Below, one piece after another: positions 36,882-46,712 of a DNA stretch of 64,000 nt; position 1 is the first letter of the stretch; each line of letters opens with the position of its first letter. The notes under the pieces were generated by a model. The model made no database searches, was not told where the DNA came from, and saw only the letters and a list, made by a program, of their open reading frames with translations. The DNA is from a virus, in the IMG/VR virus record IMGVR_UViG_3300041409_000599, positions 1 through 64,000 of that record, one strand, 5' to 3'. The translations under genes and the position numbers were made by a program.

Positions 36882-37835
36882 CTATGCCATTACCCAGATG
36901 CCGTCTGCCATGTAGATATGAGAACCGCCAAGCTTCAGCGGGTAAACCACCTGCGCGCCAATATCTTCCACCGATGTGACGATGTCGGTATCGCTTTCAG
37001 CCAATACAACCTGCCCGGCCAACTCCGGCATGAATCCGTAGCCACCGATGGCCAGCGCCACGGTGTGCGTCTCGCTTCCGCGATGCCTGCGCCCACCCTC
37101 GGTTGCCATCGCAAACGATCTGGCCACGGTCGACAGCGGAGTCTCAAGCACCGGATTCGGCGGCGCCGACGTGCTGAGCGCCCACACATAATCGCCTTTG
37201 CGGACTTCTTCAATCGGCTTGTCTGAGCCGTCTGCCATGCGGATCATCGAGCCCGCGCATGGGCAGAAGCCCGCCGCGGCCGTACCTGCGCCCTGCGCGA
37301 TCGCCGGAGCCAGCGTGTCCCAGAATCCCGGCGTTCTCGCCGCGCCCGCCGCATTGCCCAGCGCTCCATTCGCTCCGCTGATCCCAGTGCCATACAAGCT
37401 TGCCTGAATCTCTGCCGGTACCTTCGAAGCGTCCACGCCGTACTGCTCCACTGCTGAAAGATTTCTCAGGCGTTCGGCATTCGACGTTGCCATCTCATTC
37501 ACCACGTCACGCTGCCGCGCCCTGCTGTCTTCCCCTGCTGCCGTCGCGTAGCCGGACGTATTCTCGCCCGTCCGCATCGACCGCAAGGCCAGATCGCCCT
37601 CCAGAGCCGTATGTCCCGCACTTGCTGCTGTATTGGCCAACGTGTTCTGTGTGGTCTGGTAATCGCCACCCTCGCCGTAGGTCTTGCGGCCAAAGTTCAT
37701 GAACCGGCCCAGATTGGCCTTGTAATCGCCAATCGACGCATTGGTGTCACTGAGCGATTTCTGCGCGTTGGCCTGGTCCTGCGATGATTGCTGCGTGCCC
37801 TGGTTTACGACCTGCTTTGATTCAGTGCGGCCCAT
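36882..37835 (-). CDS. Ejection-type protein with C-terminal Hint domain
   Basis: Gly/Ala/Gln-rich N-terminal part, then CPCAGSMIRMADGSDKPIEEVRKGDYV...SETH...VYPL.L..SHIYMADGIWV. Confidence 0.8.
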   Translation of the reverse strand: MGRTESKQVVNQGTQQSSQDQANAQKSLSDTNASIGDYKANLGRFMNFGRKTYGEGGDYQTTQNTLANTAASAGHTALEGDLALRSMRTGENTSGYATAAGEDSRARQRDVVNEMATSNAERLRNLSAVEQYGVDASKVPAEIQASLYGTGISGANGALGNAAGAARTPGFWDTLAPAIAQGAGTAAAGFCPCAGSMIRMADGSDKPIEEVRKGDYVWALSTSAPPNPVLETPLSTVARSFAMATEGGRRHRGSETHTVALAIGGYGFMPELAGQVVLAESDTDIVTSVEDIGAQVVYPLKLGGSHIYMADGIWVMA

Positions 37836-38306
37836 CTAGTCCCCCAACTCGCTGAAATCAATTCCCACCGGCGTCAGGCTCTTCCATACCCTGATATGCG
37901 GATATCGCTTCAGGAACCGCGTCATGGCCACGGCAAACCGCTGTGGCACCAGTCCCCAGCCGCTGCGAAATCCGCGCGACTTTGCCCATTGCGCTTCGTG
38001 CGTCAACTCCGTGCCCAGCGATTCCATCACCGCTTTCGATCCGGTAATGATCGCCACTTCGGCCACCACTTCGGTGTACCTGAAGCCGCTGATCACTCCG
38101 TCCTCTTCCGCCACGGCCACGCGAATCACCGGCGGACAGTACGGCGCGAACGCCTGGCTGTCTTCCTCTTCACAGAACAGTTTTGGCCGGTCAACCTTTA
38201 CGTCAGTGCCAGCAAAGCGCTTTTCCTGCTCATCCCACAATTCCATGATGCGCGGCAAATCTTCCGCCACCGCCGGACGCCAGACTATTTCGGTCCGCAT
38301 CCGCAA
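37836..38306 (-). CDS. GNAT-fold-like virion assembly protein (T7 gp13-like position)
   Basis: WRPAVAEDLPRIMELW GNAT-type start; synteny. Confidence 0.5.
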   Translation of the reverse strand: MRMRTEIVWRPAVAEDLPRIMELWDEQEKRFAGTDVKVDRPKLFCEEEDSQAFAPYCPPVIRVAVAEEDGVISGFRYTEVVAEVAIITGSKAVMESLGTELTHEAQWAKSRGFRSGWGLVPQRFAVAMTRFLKRYPHIRVWKSLTPVGIDFSELGD

Positions 38307-38641
38307 TCCTTTTCGTCGACGCTCGCCGCCGCTGCCGCCTTGCCCAGATTCTCAGGATGGTCCGGATGCGCCAGCACCGCCGGATGCTGCGCGTGTCCGC
38401 TCTCTAGGCAATGCGCCAGAAACGCCAGTTCGCGCTCACGCATCATGTGGCGTATGTTTTCAAGCTTCTGGCCGGCATCGTACGGGACAATCCTGACCTT
38501 GCCCAAAGGGAAAGGCTTTGCCGGATCCTCCACCGCTGTATGCGTCGGGTGTACGACCGTTTGCGCGTGCCCGAAATCGTCCCAGAGTTCCACGGTGACG
38601 GAATGCGTTTTCGGGTCAAGCGTGTTCTTTTCGTGGATCAT
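38285..38641 (-). CDS. Hypothetical protein
   Basis: Coupled ORF. Confidence 0.55.
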   Translation of the reverse strand: MIHEKNTLDPKTHSVTVELWDDFGHAQTVVHPTHTAVEDPAKPFPLGKVRIVPYDAGQKLENIRHMMRERELAFLAHCLESGHAQHPAVLAHPDHPENLGKAAAAASVDEKDCGCGPK

Positions 38642-39567
38642 AGCTGTGGCAGCTTCCTTGATCCGCTCCCCGGAGCCCCGCCGCCGGCGGTCGTGCCGCC
38701 GCCACCAGGTATGCCGCCGGTGCCGTCAGCCTTCACCGTATGCGTGGTCGCGATATAAAACAGAGCGTCCGCAATCGTCTTCAGGTATTGCGTTGCCGTG
38801 GGGAACGCCTGCATCAGATTCACGGTCGACCACACCACGGCATAGTCGGTGTCCTGCGCCGCACCCAGGATGATTGCGCCAGCGGTAGAAATCGCGTTGC
38901 CCTGGCCGTCAAAGCGGCTGAAGGCGCTGCCGACGCCGCCCGCGCCATAAACGCGAATATCATCCGTGCCGCCATCCACTACCGAATCCACCGTCGCATT
39001 GTTGGTGCTGTTCAACGGCGACCGCGGCGCGATGGAAGGCGACCGCATAAACCCGCTCTGCACGCCTACCGGCCCGCAGGTCTGTGCCGACGAAAAAATC
39101 TGCCAGTCATTGAAGTTCTGTCCATCGAACGAACTGCGCACCCGGAAAAAGCGGGTCTCGTTGGGCCGCTGGTCCTGGCCAAAAACATCCGGGGTAATCC
39201 CGTAGTCCAGCAGGCTCGAAGAATTATTGAAATTGCTGTCCGTCGCCGATTGCACATTGTGGAGAATCACCGCGCCGTTGAGGTTCATGCCCTGGGCGAG
39301 CTGGGCGCGCATCTGCGCTACCGACTGCGGATTCACGTTCTGCGGGTTGGTGATGATCCAGCGGAATTTACCGTCAATGCCTATCACGCTCAACGCACAC
39401 GCCGGCGGCGGCGCTGTCTGCGTCGGCTGCTGGTTCGGATCATCCACGAAGCGCGGAACCTTGCCGCCACCGTTGACCGCGATGGAGTCCAGATGCTGGT
39501 CCAGGGCGATAACAAACTGCTGCTGCTGGCCGGTGAACGCGCCGACATAGCTTCTCAGTCCGCTCAT
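38638..39567 (-). CDS. Putative tail protein
   Basis: Beta-rich; C-terminal G-rich stretch; follows the nozzle gene. Confidence 0.55.
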   Translation of the reverse strand: MSGLRSYVGAFTGQQQQFVIALDQHLDSIAVNGGGKVPRFVDDPNQQPTQTAPPPACALSVIGIDGKFRWIITNPQNVNPQSVAQMRAQLAQGMNLNGAVILHNVQSATDSNFNNSSSLLDYGITPDVFGQDQRPNETRFFRVRSSFDGQNFNDWQIFSSAQTCGPVGVQSGFMRSPSIAPRSPLNSTNNATVDSVVDGGTDDIRVYGAGGVGSAFSRFDGQGNAISTAGAIILGAAQDTDYAVVWSTVNLMQAFPTATQYLKTIADALFYIATTHTVKADGTGGIPGGGGTTAGGGAPGSGSRKLPQL

Positions 39568-42233
39568 CCGTGCCTCGCCGCGGACGTAACACGCGCATAG
39601 ATAGCAGCCCACTTCAGATCAAACCACACGTCTTTCTGGTTGCCATTGCTCACGCGCAGACGGTACTTCTCATAATTCCCGCGCGCGCCGCAGGCGTAGG
39701 GAATTCCGGCAATCAGTGGTTTCTTGAGCGCTATCACCTGCCGCCGGTCAGCGCTTGGGCCGTCCGATGGGTCCTTCGCGCGCATGGCCAGCACTTCCGC
39801 GCGATTCACGCCCTGGCCGTCCACGTTGGCCTGTACGCCACCCAGTTGCGATGGCTTCAGGAACTCTTCCGGGCAGACCGTCTCAAAGACTGAATTGATG
39901 GGCATGCCGTTGTCGTTGAACACAAACGGCACGCTCGCGCTCACTACGCCGTCAGGATTCGATGAACCAAAAAGAATCTGGCTCTGCGTCGTCGCCAGGT
40001 CCATGTCCGGAGGCGGATTCACCAGCTTGCGTTCCGCCCGGATACAGACATTCGCCGCAATGTCGTCAATCGACCACTTGTAGCATGTGCCGGCTGCAAT
40101 CTCTTTGCCGATATAAGGCGAGAAGTGGATGGGCCTGCCGAAGTCCGGCGACTCTTCATAATTACACTTCAGCACCAGGCTGGGCTCGGTCACGTTCGGC
40201 CCGTAAGGAACGCCGACGCGAATCTCGCGCGTCTCGTCGTCGATCATGATCCAGATGGTGTGCTTCGCCGCCCAGTTTACTTTTGTCCACGTGATGGGAA
40301 GTTCCAGGCTGATGAGCAGCGGGTCGCCGCCTTTGTAGATCCACACTCCGGAGCGATGCACGTACGCCATGAACGTGGTACAGACATCCACCGCGCGGAA
40401 GCCGCATGGCCCGGAGCCGCTCCACTGCTTCACCGGCAGCCAGTCCGCAGGATTGTCAGCCGACGGGCTCACCAGCCAGCCCGAATCTTCCTTCATGGCA
40501 TAAGTGTTGGTCTTGTAATCGCGGATGGCCACGCGGTTGAAGCCATTGTCCTGCGCTACCTGCATGATGCTGGTGTCGCCGTAGATCGACTCGGGATCGT
40601 CCAGCAATGAAACATACCAGCCGCTTTTGAGCGTGTCGGCCGCGTAGAACATGCGCTTCAGGTTGGCCGAGTAGTACACGTCGGCCGCGCTCGGGACCTG
40701 AATCTTGCGGAAGTAGGAAGACACGTCATTCAGCGTGAGCTTCAGATAGTCGTCGGTGAAATTGAATGTCGCCGAGGTTGTGGTGTTGTCATTGATCAGC
40801 GTCGATGTCATCGCAATGCCGTTCACCACTTCCGCCACGGTCACGCCGGCGGCAATCGTCGAAAGATCAAAGATGCCGTTGGGGAAGTTGGGCGAGATCC
40901 AGAAATACGGTCCTGCGCTCGATATCCCATTGCCCGCCGCGGAACTCAACTGGCCCGCCGGAGTCAGCGCCACAATGCGCGCCGCGGTGCTGGGACTGGG
41001 AAAGGTTGGCAGATGGGCCATGTAGAGTTGCAGGCCATCGCCCGGACTCGAAGCCGGGTTGTAGCTGACGATCGCGGCCTGCGCCACTCCGGTAATGTAG
41101 CCATTGCGATTCACGCCCAGCACCAGGGCATAGCGCAAGCCGGAACAGATGTTGCCCACCGGTACGATGCGCGAGTTATCCACCTGCGGGACAACCGCTC
41201 CGGTGGCGGTCGTCGTGACGGTAAGGTTTGCCCCAATGGCGGTGAGACCGCCAAAGGCCTTGAACGCCGTAGGCAGTGGCGCCGCGTTGCCGTGGGCCAC
41301 GTCCGCCTCGTAAACGCTGTAGCCTGTCACCGCATTCGCGCCGGCAAGCTGCTGCACCCATGTTGGCAGTACCGGCGAGACAACGGTAAAACCGTCATTC
41401 AGCGTTGTGTTCAGGAAGATGAAGATGGTCGATAGAGCAGATTCTCCGTTGCCATTCGTAAGCGTGACTACGATGTAAACGTCGCGGGCGGCGGCGAATG
41501 TCCCCGCAGCTCCAACGCGATTCACCGTCGGCGCAGTTTGCAGCAGAAGCTGAAGCGTCTGCGCCATTACCGGAGTGGTCTCGGTCCAGGTAATCCCGTT
41601 GTCAGCGATCGTGCCGCCTTCGGTCACGGGAAAGACAGGTTGCGCGGCGCCACTGGTTCCAGCCACGGTGCAGCGGTAGATGTGGCTATTGCCGCCCACC
41701 GGAGTCGAAGGCGTGACCGTGTCGCCCACCTGGTACACCGTGTTGGCAGACCACGGAACCCCGGTCGGCTTGGCTGACAGCGGATCAAGGTTGAGTGTCT
41801 GAAGATTCAGAACGGCCGGCGCGGCCTGCGTGCTCAGCAGGTCGGTGAAAGCCAGATACGCCTTCTTGTACGCCGCTGCTGCCTGCAGGCTGAATTGCGG
41901 AAGCGTGACCTGGGCGCTGGTGATTGGCACCAGCACCCCACTGCCCACCGGGGATTCCACTTTCAGATTGCCGCCCTGGTCGTAGACGAGCGGTATCTGG
42001 GTATCGGGATTCCCGCCCAGCTTCAAGGATGCAAGGCCGGTGATCTGCTTCAGGTTGCCGGTGGAAAAGCCCCAGTCTGAGCGTATGCCGTCGCGCGTGC
42101 GGACAGACGTCAGATGGTACTTTACGTTCCGGGCAACCGCAGCCACACCCAGCGGCAGGGCAGTAGGATCGTCTTGTTCTACAAGGCTTGAGAAGCGAGT
42201 GATCGCTTCTTCTTGCCAGTCAGTAAAGTTCAT
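39564..42233 (-). CDS. Tail nozzle/tubular protein with an inserted carbohydrate-binding-like module
   Basis: 889 aa beta-rich, downstream of the adaptor; WSANTVYQVGD...YRCTVAGTSG..QPVFP...DNGITW insert. Confidence 0.65.
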   Translation of the reverse strand: MNFTDWQEEAITRFSSLVEQDDPTALPLGVAAVARNVKYHLTSVRTRDGIRSDWGFSTGNLKQITGLASLKLGGNPDTQIPLVYDQGGNLKVESPVGSGVLVPITSAQVTLPQFSLQAAAAYKKAYLAFTDLLSTQAAPAVLNLQTLNLDPLSAKPTGVPWSANTVYQVGDTVTPSTPVGGNSHIYRCTVAGTSGAAQPVFPVTEGGTIADNGITWTETTPVMAQTLQLLLQTAPTVNRVGAAGTFAAARDVYIVVTLTNGNGESALSTIFIFLNTTLNDGFTVVSPVLPTWVQQLAGANAVTGYSVYEADVAHGNAAPLPTAFKAFGGLTAIGANLTVTTTATGAVVPQVDNSRIVPVGNICSGLRYALVLGVNRNGYITGVAQAAIVSYNPASSPGDGLQLYMAHLPTFPSPSTAARIVALTPAGQLSSAAGNGISSAGPYFWISPNFPNGIFDLSTIAAGVTVAEVVNGIAMTSTLINDNTTTSATFNFTDDYLKLTLNDVSSYFRKIQVPSAADVYYSANLKRMFYAADTLKSGWYVSLLDDPESIYGDTSIMQVAQDNGFNRVAIRDYKTNTYAMKEDSGWLVSPSADNPADWLPVKQWSGSGPCGFRAVDVCTTFMAYVHRSGVWIYKGGDPLLISLELPITWTKVNWAAKHTIWIMIDDETREIRVGVPYGPNVTEPSLVLKCNYEESPDFGRPIHFSPYIGKEIAAGTCYKWSIDDIAANVCIRAERKLVNPPPDMDLATTQSQILFGSSNPDGVVSASVPFVFNDNGMPINSVFETVCPEEFLKPSQLGGVQANVDGQGVNRAEVLAMRAKDPSDGPSADRRQVIALKKPLIAGIPYACGARGNYEKYRLRVSNGNQKDVWFDLKWAAIYARVTSAARHG

Positions 42234-42241
42234 CGACTGGG

Positions 42242-42622
42242 TTAGTCTTCTACCCGGCCAATAGCCTCAACGTAGGTGTCAATATCGGCGGTAACGCCGC
42301 CAGCGTACGCGCCCGCGGCCAACTCGGTGCCGGGTGTCGTGCCGAAGAATTTCAATATCGGATGCAGGTTGTCGGCGCCCTGGATGATCTCCACGCCGAA
42401 ACCACCGAAGCCATTGAGCGGATAGACGCGGGTCGGCCCGTCCTTTCCCCACAGCGCCTGCGCCACGTTCTTGGGGTTGGTGGCGCCATTCAGGTTGAGA
42501 ACCTCGCCGGTAGCAGAGAGACGCACGGCCTGAACGTAGGCGCCGGAGAGGGTGACCTTGTAGCGGATAAGCCTCACCCGCCCATCTGTGTAGGAATCAT
42601 CAATTTGCAATGTATTTGGCAT
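42242..42622 (-). CDS. Putative structural protein
   Basis: Strong SD AAGGAG; beta-rich 126 aa. Confidence 0.55.
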   Translation of the reverse strand: MPNTLQIDDSYTDGRVRLIRYKVTLSGAYVQAVRLSATGEVLNLNGATNPKNVAQALWGKDGPTRVYPLNGFGGFGVEIIQGADNLHPILKFFGTTPGTELAAGAYAGGVTADIDTYVEAIGRVED

Positions 42623-42669
42623 CTGCTGTGCTCCTTGAAGGATTTTGAAATTGGTTTTAAGGACTGGTC

Positions 42670-43368
42670 TTACGGACGAGGTAGAGTGAAGCCGCTTCCG
42701 GTCTCTCTGCGTGACATTCTGCCCACGCGCCTGTTCTTCGAAAGATTCGCCTTGGTCAGCGCGATGTTGAGGTCATCGAATGTTTCCTTCTCTTCCTCCT
42801 CGTAATCGACGACAAGCTGTCTGCGTCCGCGCGCCTTGGCCACCGCTCGAACCATCAAATATGAGAGAACTGGGTTAGCGGTAATCTCAATCTCGATCGG
42901 TGAATTGCCGTCGGTCAGCGGGTCAAAGAGGAAGTCCCCGGTGACTCGCAGATCAAGCGCGGTCGAAAACCTGCTCACCTGCAGCTTGCGCCGGATCCAC
43001 GCCCATGCGCTGAGTTGCGGAATTCCGGCAACAATATCCGGCAGCTTGTCCAGCGGCCCGGAGGCTTCAAGATAATTCGAAGCATCCTGTCCCGGCAGCT
43101 TCCACTCCACCATGCGCGGCTGCACCATCAGGGCCAGCACTGCGCCAGGAGCCTGATACACGCCAAGATCAGGTATGCCGGCCGCCACCGCAGGCAGCTC
43201 AATCGTGACTTGGTCAAAGTTGTGGCCGTTGGCGCGCAGCTTGTTGTAGAGCCGGTCATACTGGTTTTGCGCGAAGCCGGTAATGTAGTCCGGATCGCCG
43301 TCGCCCGTACCTTCCGGGTCATCCAGCATGAACTGCACGCGGCTGATGATGTCGCTAAGAAGTGCCAT
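42670..43368 (-). CDS. Head-tail adaptor-like protein
   Basis: LSDIISRVQFMLDD N-terminal helix; size and synteny. Confidence 0.6.
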   Translation of the reverse strand: MALLSDIISRVQFMLDDPEGTGDGDPDYITGFAQNQYDRLYNKLRANGHNFDQVTIELPAVAAGIPDLGVYQAPGAVLALMVQPRMVEWKLPGQDASNYLEASGPLDKLPDIVAGIPQLSAWAWIRRKLQVSRFSTALDLRVTGDFLFDPLTDGNSPIEIEITANPVLSYLMVRAVAKARGRRQLVVDYEEEEKETFDDLNIALTKANLSKNRRVGRMSRRETGSGFTLPRP

Positions 43369-43768
43369 TGGCGGTAGCTTCAATTCTCTCGAATCGCGAA
43401 TATCCTTCGATGGTGTGCTTGCGTTGCTCTGTGGGCGGCAGCTTTAAGAATGGAGAGCCGGGCAGAGGATCATGAATTGGCACTCCGTCGTGCATCACGA
43501 GTGCGTGAAGGATGCCCGGGGCAAGTAAAACGTGAGCCACCGAATAGCCCTTTGGCCACGGCCCCCAGTTTTGCTCATCGTAGGTCGTACATGTCCACTC
43601 ATATCCAATCGAAGCAAAGAATTTATGCCAGCGTTGCCGCCACTCTTCCTCGTCTGGAATAGCTGGGTCAATGTCAGGTATTTCTTCCAGTTCCAGCACG
43701 GACGCAACGCAAGCGCCGAAGCAGTTCCCAGTGGGTACACCGAACGTTGTCTGAAATACGTTTTTCAT
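43355..43768 (-). CDS. Phage protein with papain/C39-like C...H...D pattern
   Basis: GNCFGACVASVL...HALV...IHDP. Confidence 0.55.
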   Translation of the reverse strand: MKNVFQTTFGVPTGNCFGACVASVLELEEIPDIDPAIPDEEEWRQRWHKFFASIGYEWTCTTYDEQNWGPWPKGYSVAHVLLAPGILHALVMHDGVPIHDPLPGSPFLKLPPTEQRKHTIEGYSRFERIEATANGTS

Positions 43769-43770
43769 AA

Positions 43771-43807
43771 GAAAATTAAAAGAGGCGCGGTTTCCGGCCG
43801 CGCCTCT
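43771..43807 (-). terminator. Rho-independent terminator
   Basis: AGAGGCGCGG/CCGCGCCTCT 10-bp stem followed by TTTAATTTTC on the - strand. Confidence 0.75.
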
Positions 43808-43831
43808 CTGTCGTTCACCTGCGAAACGAAG

Positions 43832-44974
43832 TTATTTCTTCGTCTCAGTCTTTCCACCAGCAGGTTTCTTGGCTTTGCCGCGTTCGGCTTTCTGCTTCTC
43901 GCGCTCTTCATAAATTGCTTCGGCTTCGGCGTACTCATCTGAAGTCAGCGCGTCGAACTTGGCATGTCCCCACTCGATCGCGTAATCCTTAAACGCTTCC
44001 AGGGCATTCAGGATGCTGTTGCAGCTCAGGCACTTGTATGCGCCCTTGCGCCGCGGCGTTCCGCAGGCCTTGCAGTTGTCCTGTTCCAGCCCTTCGTCCG
44101 AGCGGTCGCCCGGGTTCCAATCCGGAAGCTTTGCAATCAGCCCTTCGGACAGCAGCACTTCTGAGATCAGCATGTGCTTGGGCGTGACCAGAAACTTTCC
44201 TTTGCCGCCGGGCAGGTTGTAATCCCGGTAAGCCCGCCGATACTTGTCCAGATAAATGCGGTTGCGCACCTGCCGCGCTTCCTCAATCAACTCGGACAGC
44301 TTGCGTTTGATCGGCACGGCAATCATCGCCGCTTCTTCCTGGTCTTCCGCGTTAAAGACCACGCCCGGAACTTCGCGTGTCTGCACGCGGCCAATCGGAT
44401 CGTAGACCTCAACTTCGCCCATCTTGTCAGGATGGCCATCCCCTTCGTAGACAATCACGCCGCCGCCATCGTTGTGCTGATCGGAAAACTCGCGCACAAA
44501 CTGCGCCGCCAGGGTGATTGGCAGAATCTCCATAAACTTCTGCGTTCCGTCCTCGTTGTATTCCCAGTCCATGCGATAGCCACGAATGTGGTGGTACGCG
44601 AAGGGCATTCCGGGATGGCAGGCCGGAATCTGGATGCCGCGCAGCAGCCTGATACCGGAGGGAAACATTAGGTCCCAGGGATGCAGATTGATGACCGTGG
44701 CCGCTTTCGCCGGCGTTGACCGCATGCGCGCGCGCAAATCGTTCAGGCTGTTTTGTGACTTGTCGTCCAGACGGTTGGCGCTCTTGCGCTGCTCGGCTGT
44801 CTTCGCGCTGATCAATGCATCCAGCATCGGATTGGCCTTGGCAAACTCTTCCGCCGCCTTCGATGTCTGCTGCGCCGCGGGTGACAGACGCACCGCGCCA
44901 CCCTGATAGGGAATCACGCGATCGGTGGAGGGCAGTGGACCGCCCGGCATAGGTAATGATGTTTCTTCAGACAT
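43832..44974 (-). CDS. Hypothetical protein with C-terminal zinc ribbon
   Basis: SD AAGGAG; CKAC...CLSC. Confidence 0.7.
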   Translation of the reverse strand: MSEETSLPMPGGPLPSTDRVIPYQGGAVRLSPAAQQTSKAAEEFAKANPMLDALISAKTAEQRKSANRLDDKSQNSLNDLRARMRSTPAKAATVINLHPWDLMFPSGIRLLRGIQIPACHPGMPFAYHHIRGYRMDWEYNEDGTQKFMEILPITLAAQFVREFSDQHNDGGGVIVYEGDGHPDKMGEVEVYDPIGRVQTREVPGVVFNAEDQEEAAMIAVPIKRKLSELIEEARQVRNRIYLDKYRRAYRDYNLPGGKGKFLVTPKHMLISEVLLSEGLIAKLPDWNPGDRSDEGLEQDNCKACGTPRRKGAYKCLSCNSILNALEAFKDYAIEWGHAKFDALTSDEYAEAEAIYEEREKQKAERGKAKKPAGGKTETKK

Positions 44975-44985
44975 AGGTTCTCCTT

Positions 44986-45043
44986 GCCGCGCTCAGGCGG
45001 CGTTCGTGGTTATAGGTTTTCCATTGCCCGGCGCTTAGACCGG
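44986..45043 (-). promoter_or_regulatory. Tandem CUAAGC/CUGAGC-loop hairpins abutting the SD
   Basis: CCGGT-CTAAGC-GCCGG ... GCCGC-CTGAGC-GCGGC-AAGGAG. Confidence 0.65.
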
Positions 45044-45111
45044 ATTGTGGATTTGGGTGCTCGAATTTTTACAGGTGGTTAAAAATTTTACGGGGTGTAA
45101 ATAATTTCGCG

Positions 45112-45885
45112 TCAGTTTCCGTAATTGCCCTTGAGTCCCGCCTGGTCGGCTAATTGCTGCCTGATTCTTCCGGCGCCCAGACTCAACCGATTACGCAGGT
45201 TCCCCAGCGGACCATCCTTCATCAGGTTCTCGATCATGTTCCTGCGATTGGCCTTCTTCTTCTGTAACGCCAGTTCGCGCCGCTGCAACAGCATCAGCAC
45301 ACGTTGCTTTGCGCTGGCCGGCCGCTCGTCGATCTGCTTCATGTCAAAGCGAATCGCTTCAGCAATCTGCGCTTCTGTCAGCATGTAAGGCGTAGGCCCG
45401 GCGCAGTACTCGTAATCGCCGTGCTGTGGATACGGACCCAGAACGCTCTCGCCTTTGAACCTGTAGTTTTCCCATTCGGAAGGTGAGCCATAGGTGTGCG
45501 AAGCTTTCCATTTCTCCAGCACGAAACCCTCGTAGCCGTACACAGGGATTTCCTTCAGACCCAGCGTCACGCTGCGCGGCCTGACCGCAAGGCGCGATTG
45601 CAGGAACTCGGTTATTTCCTCAACGCACTTCTTTTCCTGCACCATCTCGCGCATCTCGCCGATGCCCAGGCCTGAGATGTCATCGAGCGAGGCGTCTTCT
45701 GGCCATTCGTTCCACTCGCCCGACGCGATGGTATAGCGGTCCTGCGCCAGAATCAGCCGGTACAGCGGTTCGCCGTATTGATTGGTCCCACCCACAATCA
45801 GGATCTTCCGCAGCAGCTTGGGCGGGATGGCGATCGAGGGATGCAGGTCGCGGCGTTTCAGCCTGCCGGTCTTCACCTGCTTCAT
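45112..45885 (-). CDS. Conserved-looking phage hypothetical protein
   Basis: GGTNQYGEPLYRLI...VLEKW...LGPYP..GDYE. Confidence 0.7.
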   Translation of the reverse strand: MKQVKTGRLKRRDLHPSIAIPPKLLRKILIVGGTNQYGEPLYRLILAQDRYTIASGEWNEWPEDASLDDISGLGIGEMREMVQEKKCVEEITEFLQSRLAVRPRSVTLGLKEIPVYGYEGFVLEKWKASHTYGSPSEWENYRFKGESVLGPYPQHGDYEYCAGPTPYMLTEAQIAEAIRFDMKQIDERPASAKQRVLMLLQRRELALQKKKANRRNMIENLMKDGPLGNLRNRLSLGAGRIRQQLADQAGLKGNYGN

Positions 45886-46323
45886 TTAGCCGACCACCAC
45901 GCGAATGTCTTCTTCGCGGATTTGCGCCACCTGATGGCCGCCAATCTCGATCTGCATAGCCGAGTACTTGGTATAGACCACGTAGTTTCCGACTTTCACT
46001 TCCAGCGGCACCCGCAGGCCGTTTTCAATGTAGCCGCTGCCAACGGCAATCACGATGCCGCATGTCTGTTCCGCCCGCGCCTCTTCCGGAATGATGATGG
46101 AGGAATAGTGCTCGCTCGGCGGCAATGGCAACACCAGTATCTTGTCGCCCAGGGGACGCGCTTTAATTGCCACCAGGTCGTCAGCGACATTGAGCGCTTC
46201 TGTGACCAGATGCGCGGCCCGGACCATCACGGGAAGGTTGGCGTCGGTGACCTCGTCCTGTTTCCTCGCGCTCAGGCGATTGTCGGTGACTTTCAAAATA
46301 GAATCGGTTTTGGTCATTGACAT
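45886..46323 (-). CDS. groES: GroES/Cpn10 co-chaperonin (start uncertain)
   Basis: RPLGDKILV...IIIP...GIVIAVGSG...PLEVKVG..V.Y.KY...IREEDI. Confidence 0.9.
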   Translation of the reverse strand: MSMTKTDSILKVTDNRLSARKQDEVTDANLPVMVRAAHLVTEALNVADDLVAIKARPLGDKILVLPLPPSEHYSSIIIPEEARAEQTCGIVIAVGSGYIENGLRVPLEVKVGNYVVYTKYSAMQIEIGGHQVAQIREEDIRVVVG

Positions 46324-46712
46324 TACTGCTTCCTTCCTTTCACGTCTTCGGTCATGAGCATGGTTCCCAACATAAATACTGACGCAAAGACCTTGCCGTC
46401 GTATCCCACCAGATTGACCTGGTTGGGCAGCACTTGCAGGTTCTGCATGATTGGCTTTTTGTTGACGGTGATGGTGGGCATATCAGGATCGGGGCTCACC
46501 GGAGTTCCCGGCGCCGCTTCCTCAATCGTGCCCAGTTGTTCATACGCCATGATGGCGATAGGGTGCATCACCAGGCTGGCGCATTTCTCGTTGCTGGCAA
46601 TCCACTTCACCGTATCAACGCGCATAAAGCGCTGCGCCATCGCGAATTGCTTTCTCAGTTCCGCATCGCTTGCGTTCTCAAGGGTAGGGGCATTCTGTTT
46701 GCGGTTCGTCAT
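46323..46712 (-). CDS. Hypothetical protein
   Basis: Coupled ORF. Confidence 0.55.
   Translation of the reverse strand: MTNRKQNAPTLENASDAELRKQFAMAQRFMRVDTVKWIASNEKCASLVMHPIAIMAYEQLGTIEEAAPGTPVSPDPDMPTITVNKKPIMQNLQVLPNQVNLVGYDGKVFASVFMLGTMLMTEDVKGRKQ

Noticed and set aside
36882-37270. Self-splicing intein
   Set aside because: Lacks terminal His-Asn and any C-extein; treated as a cleavage-only Hint domain
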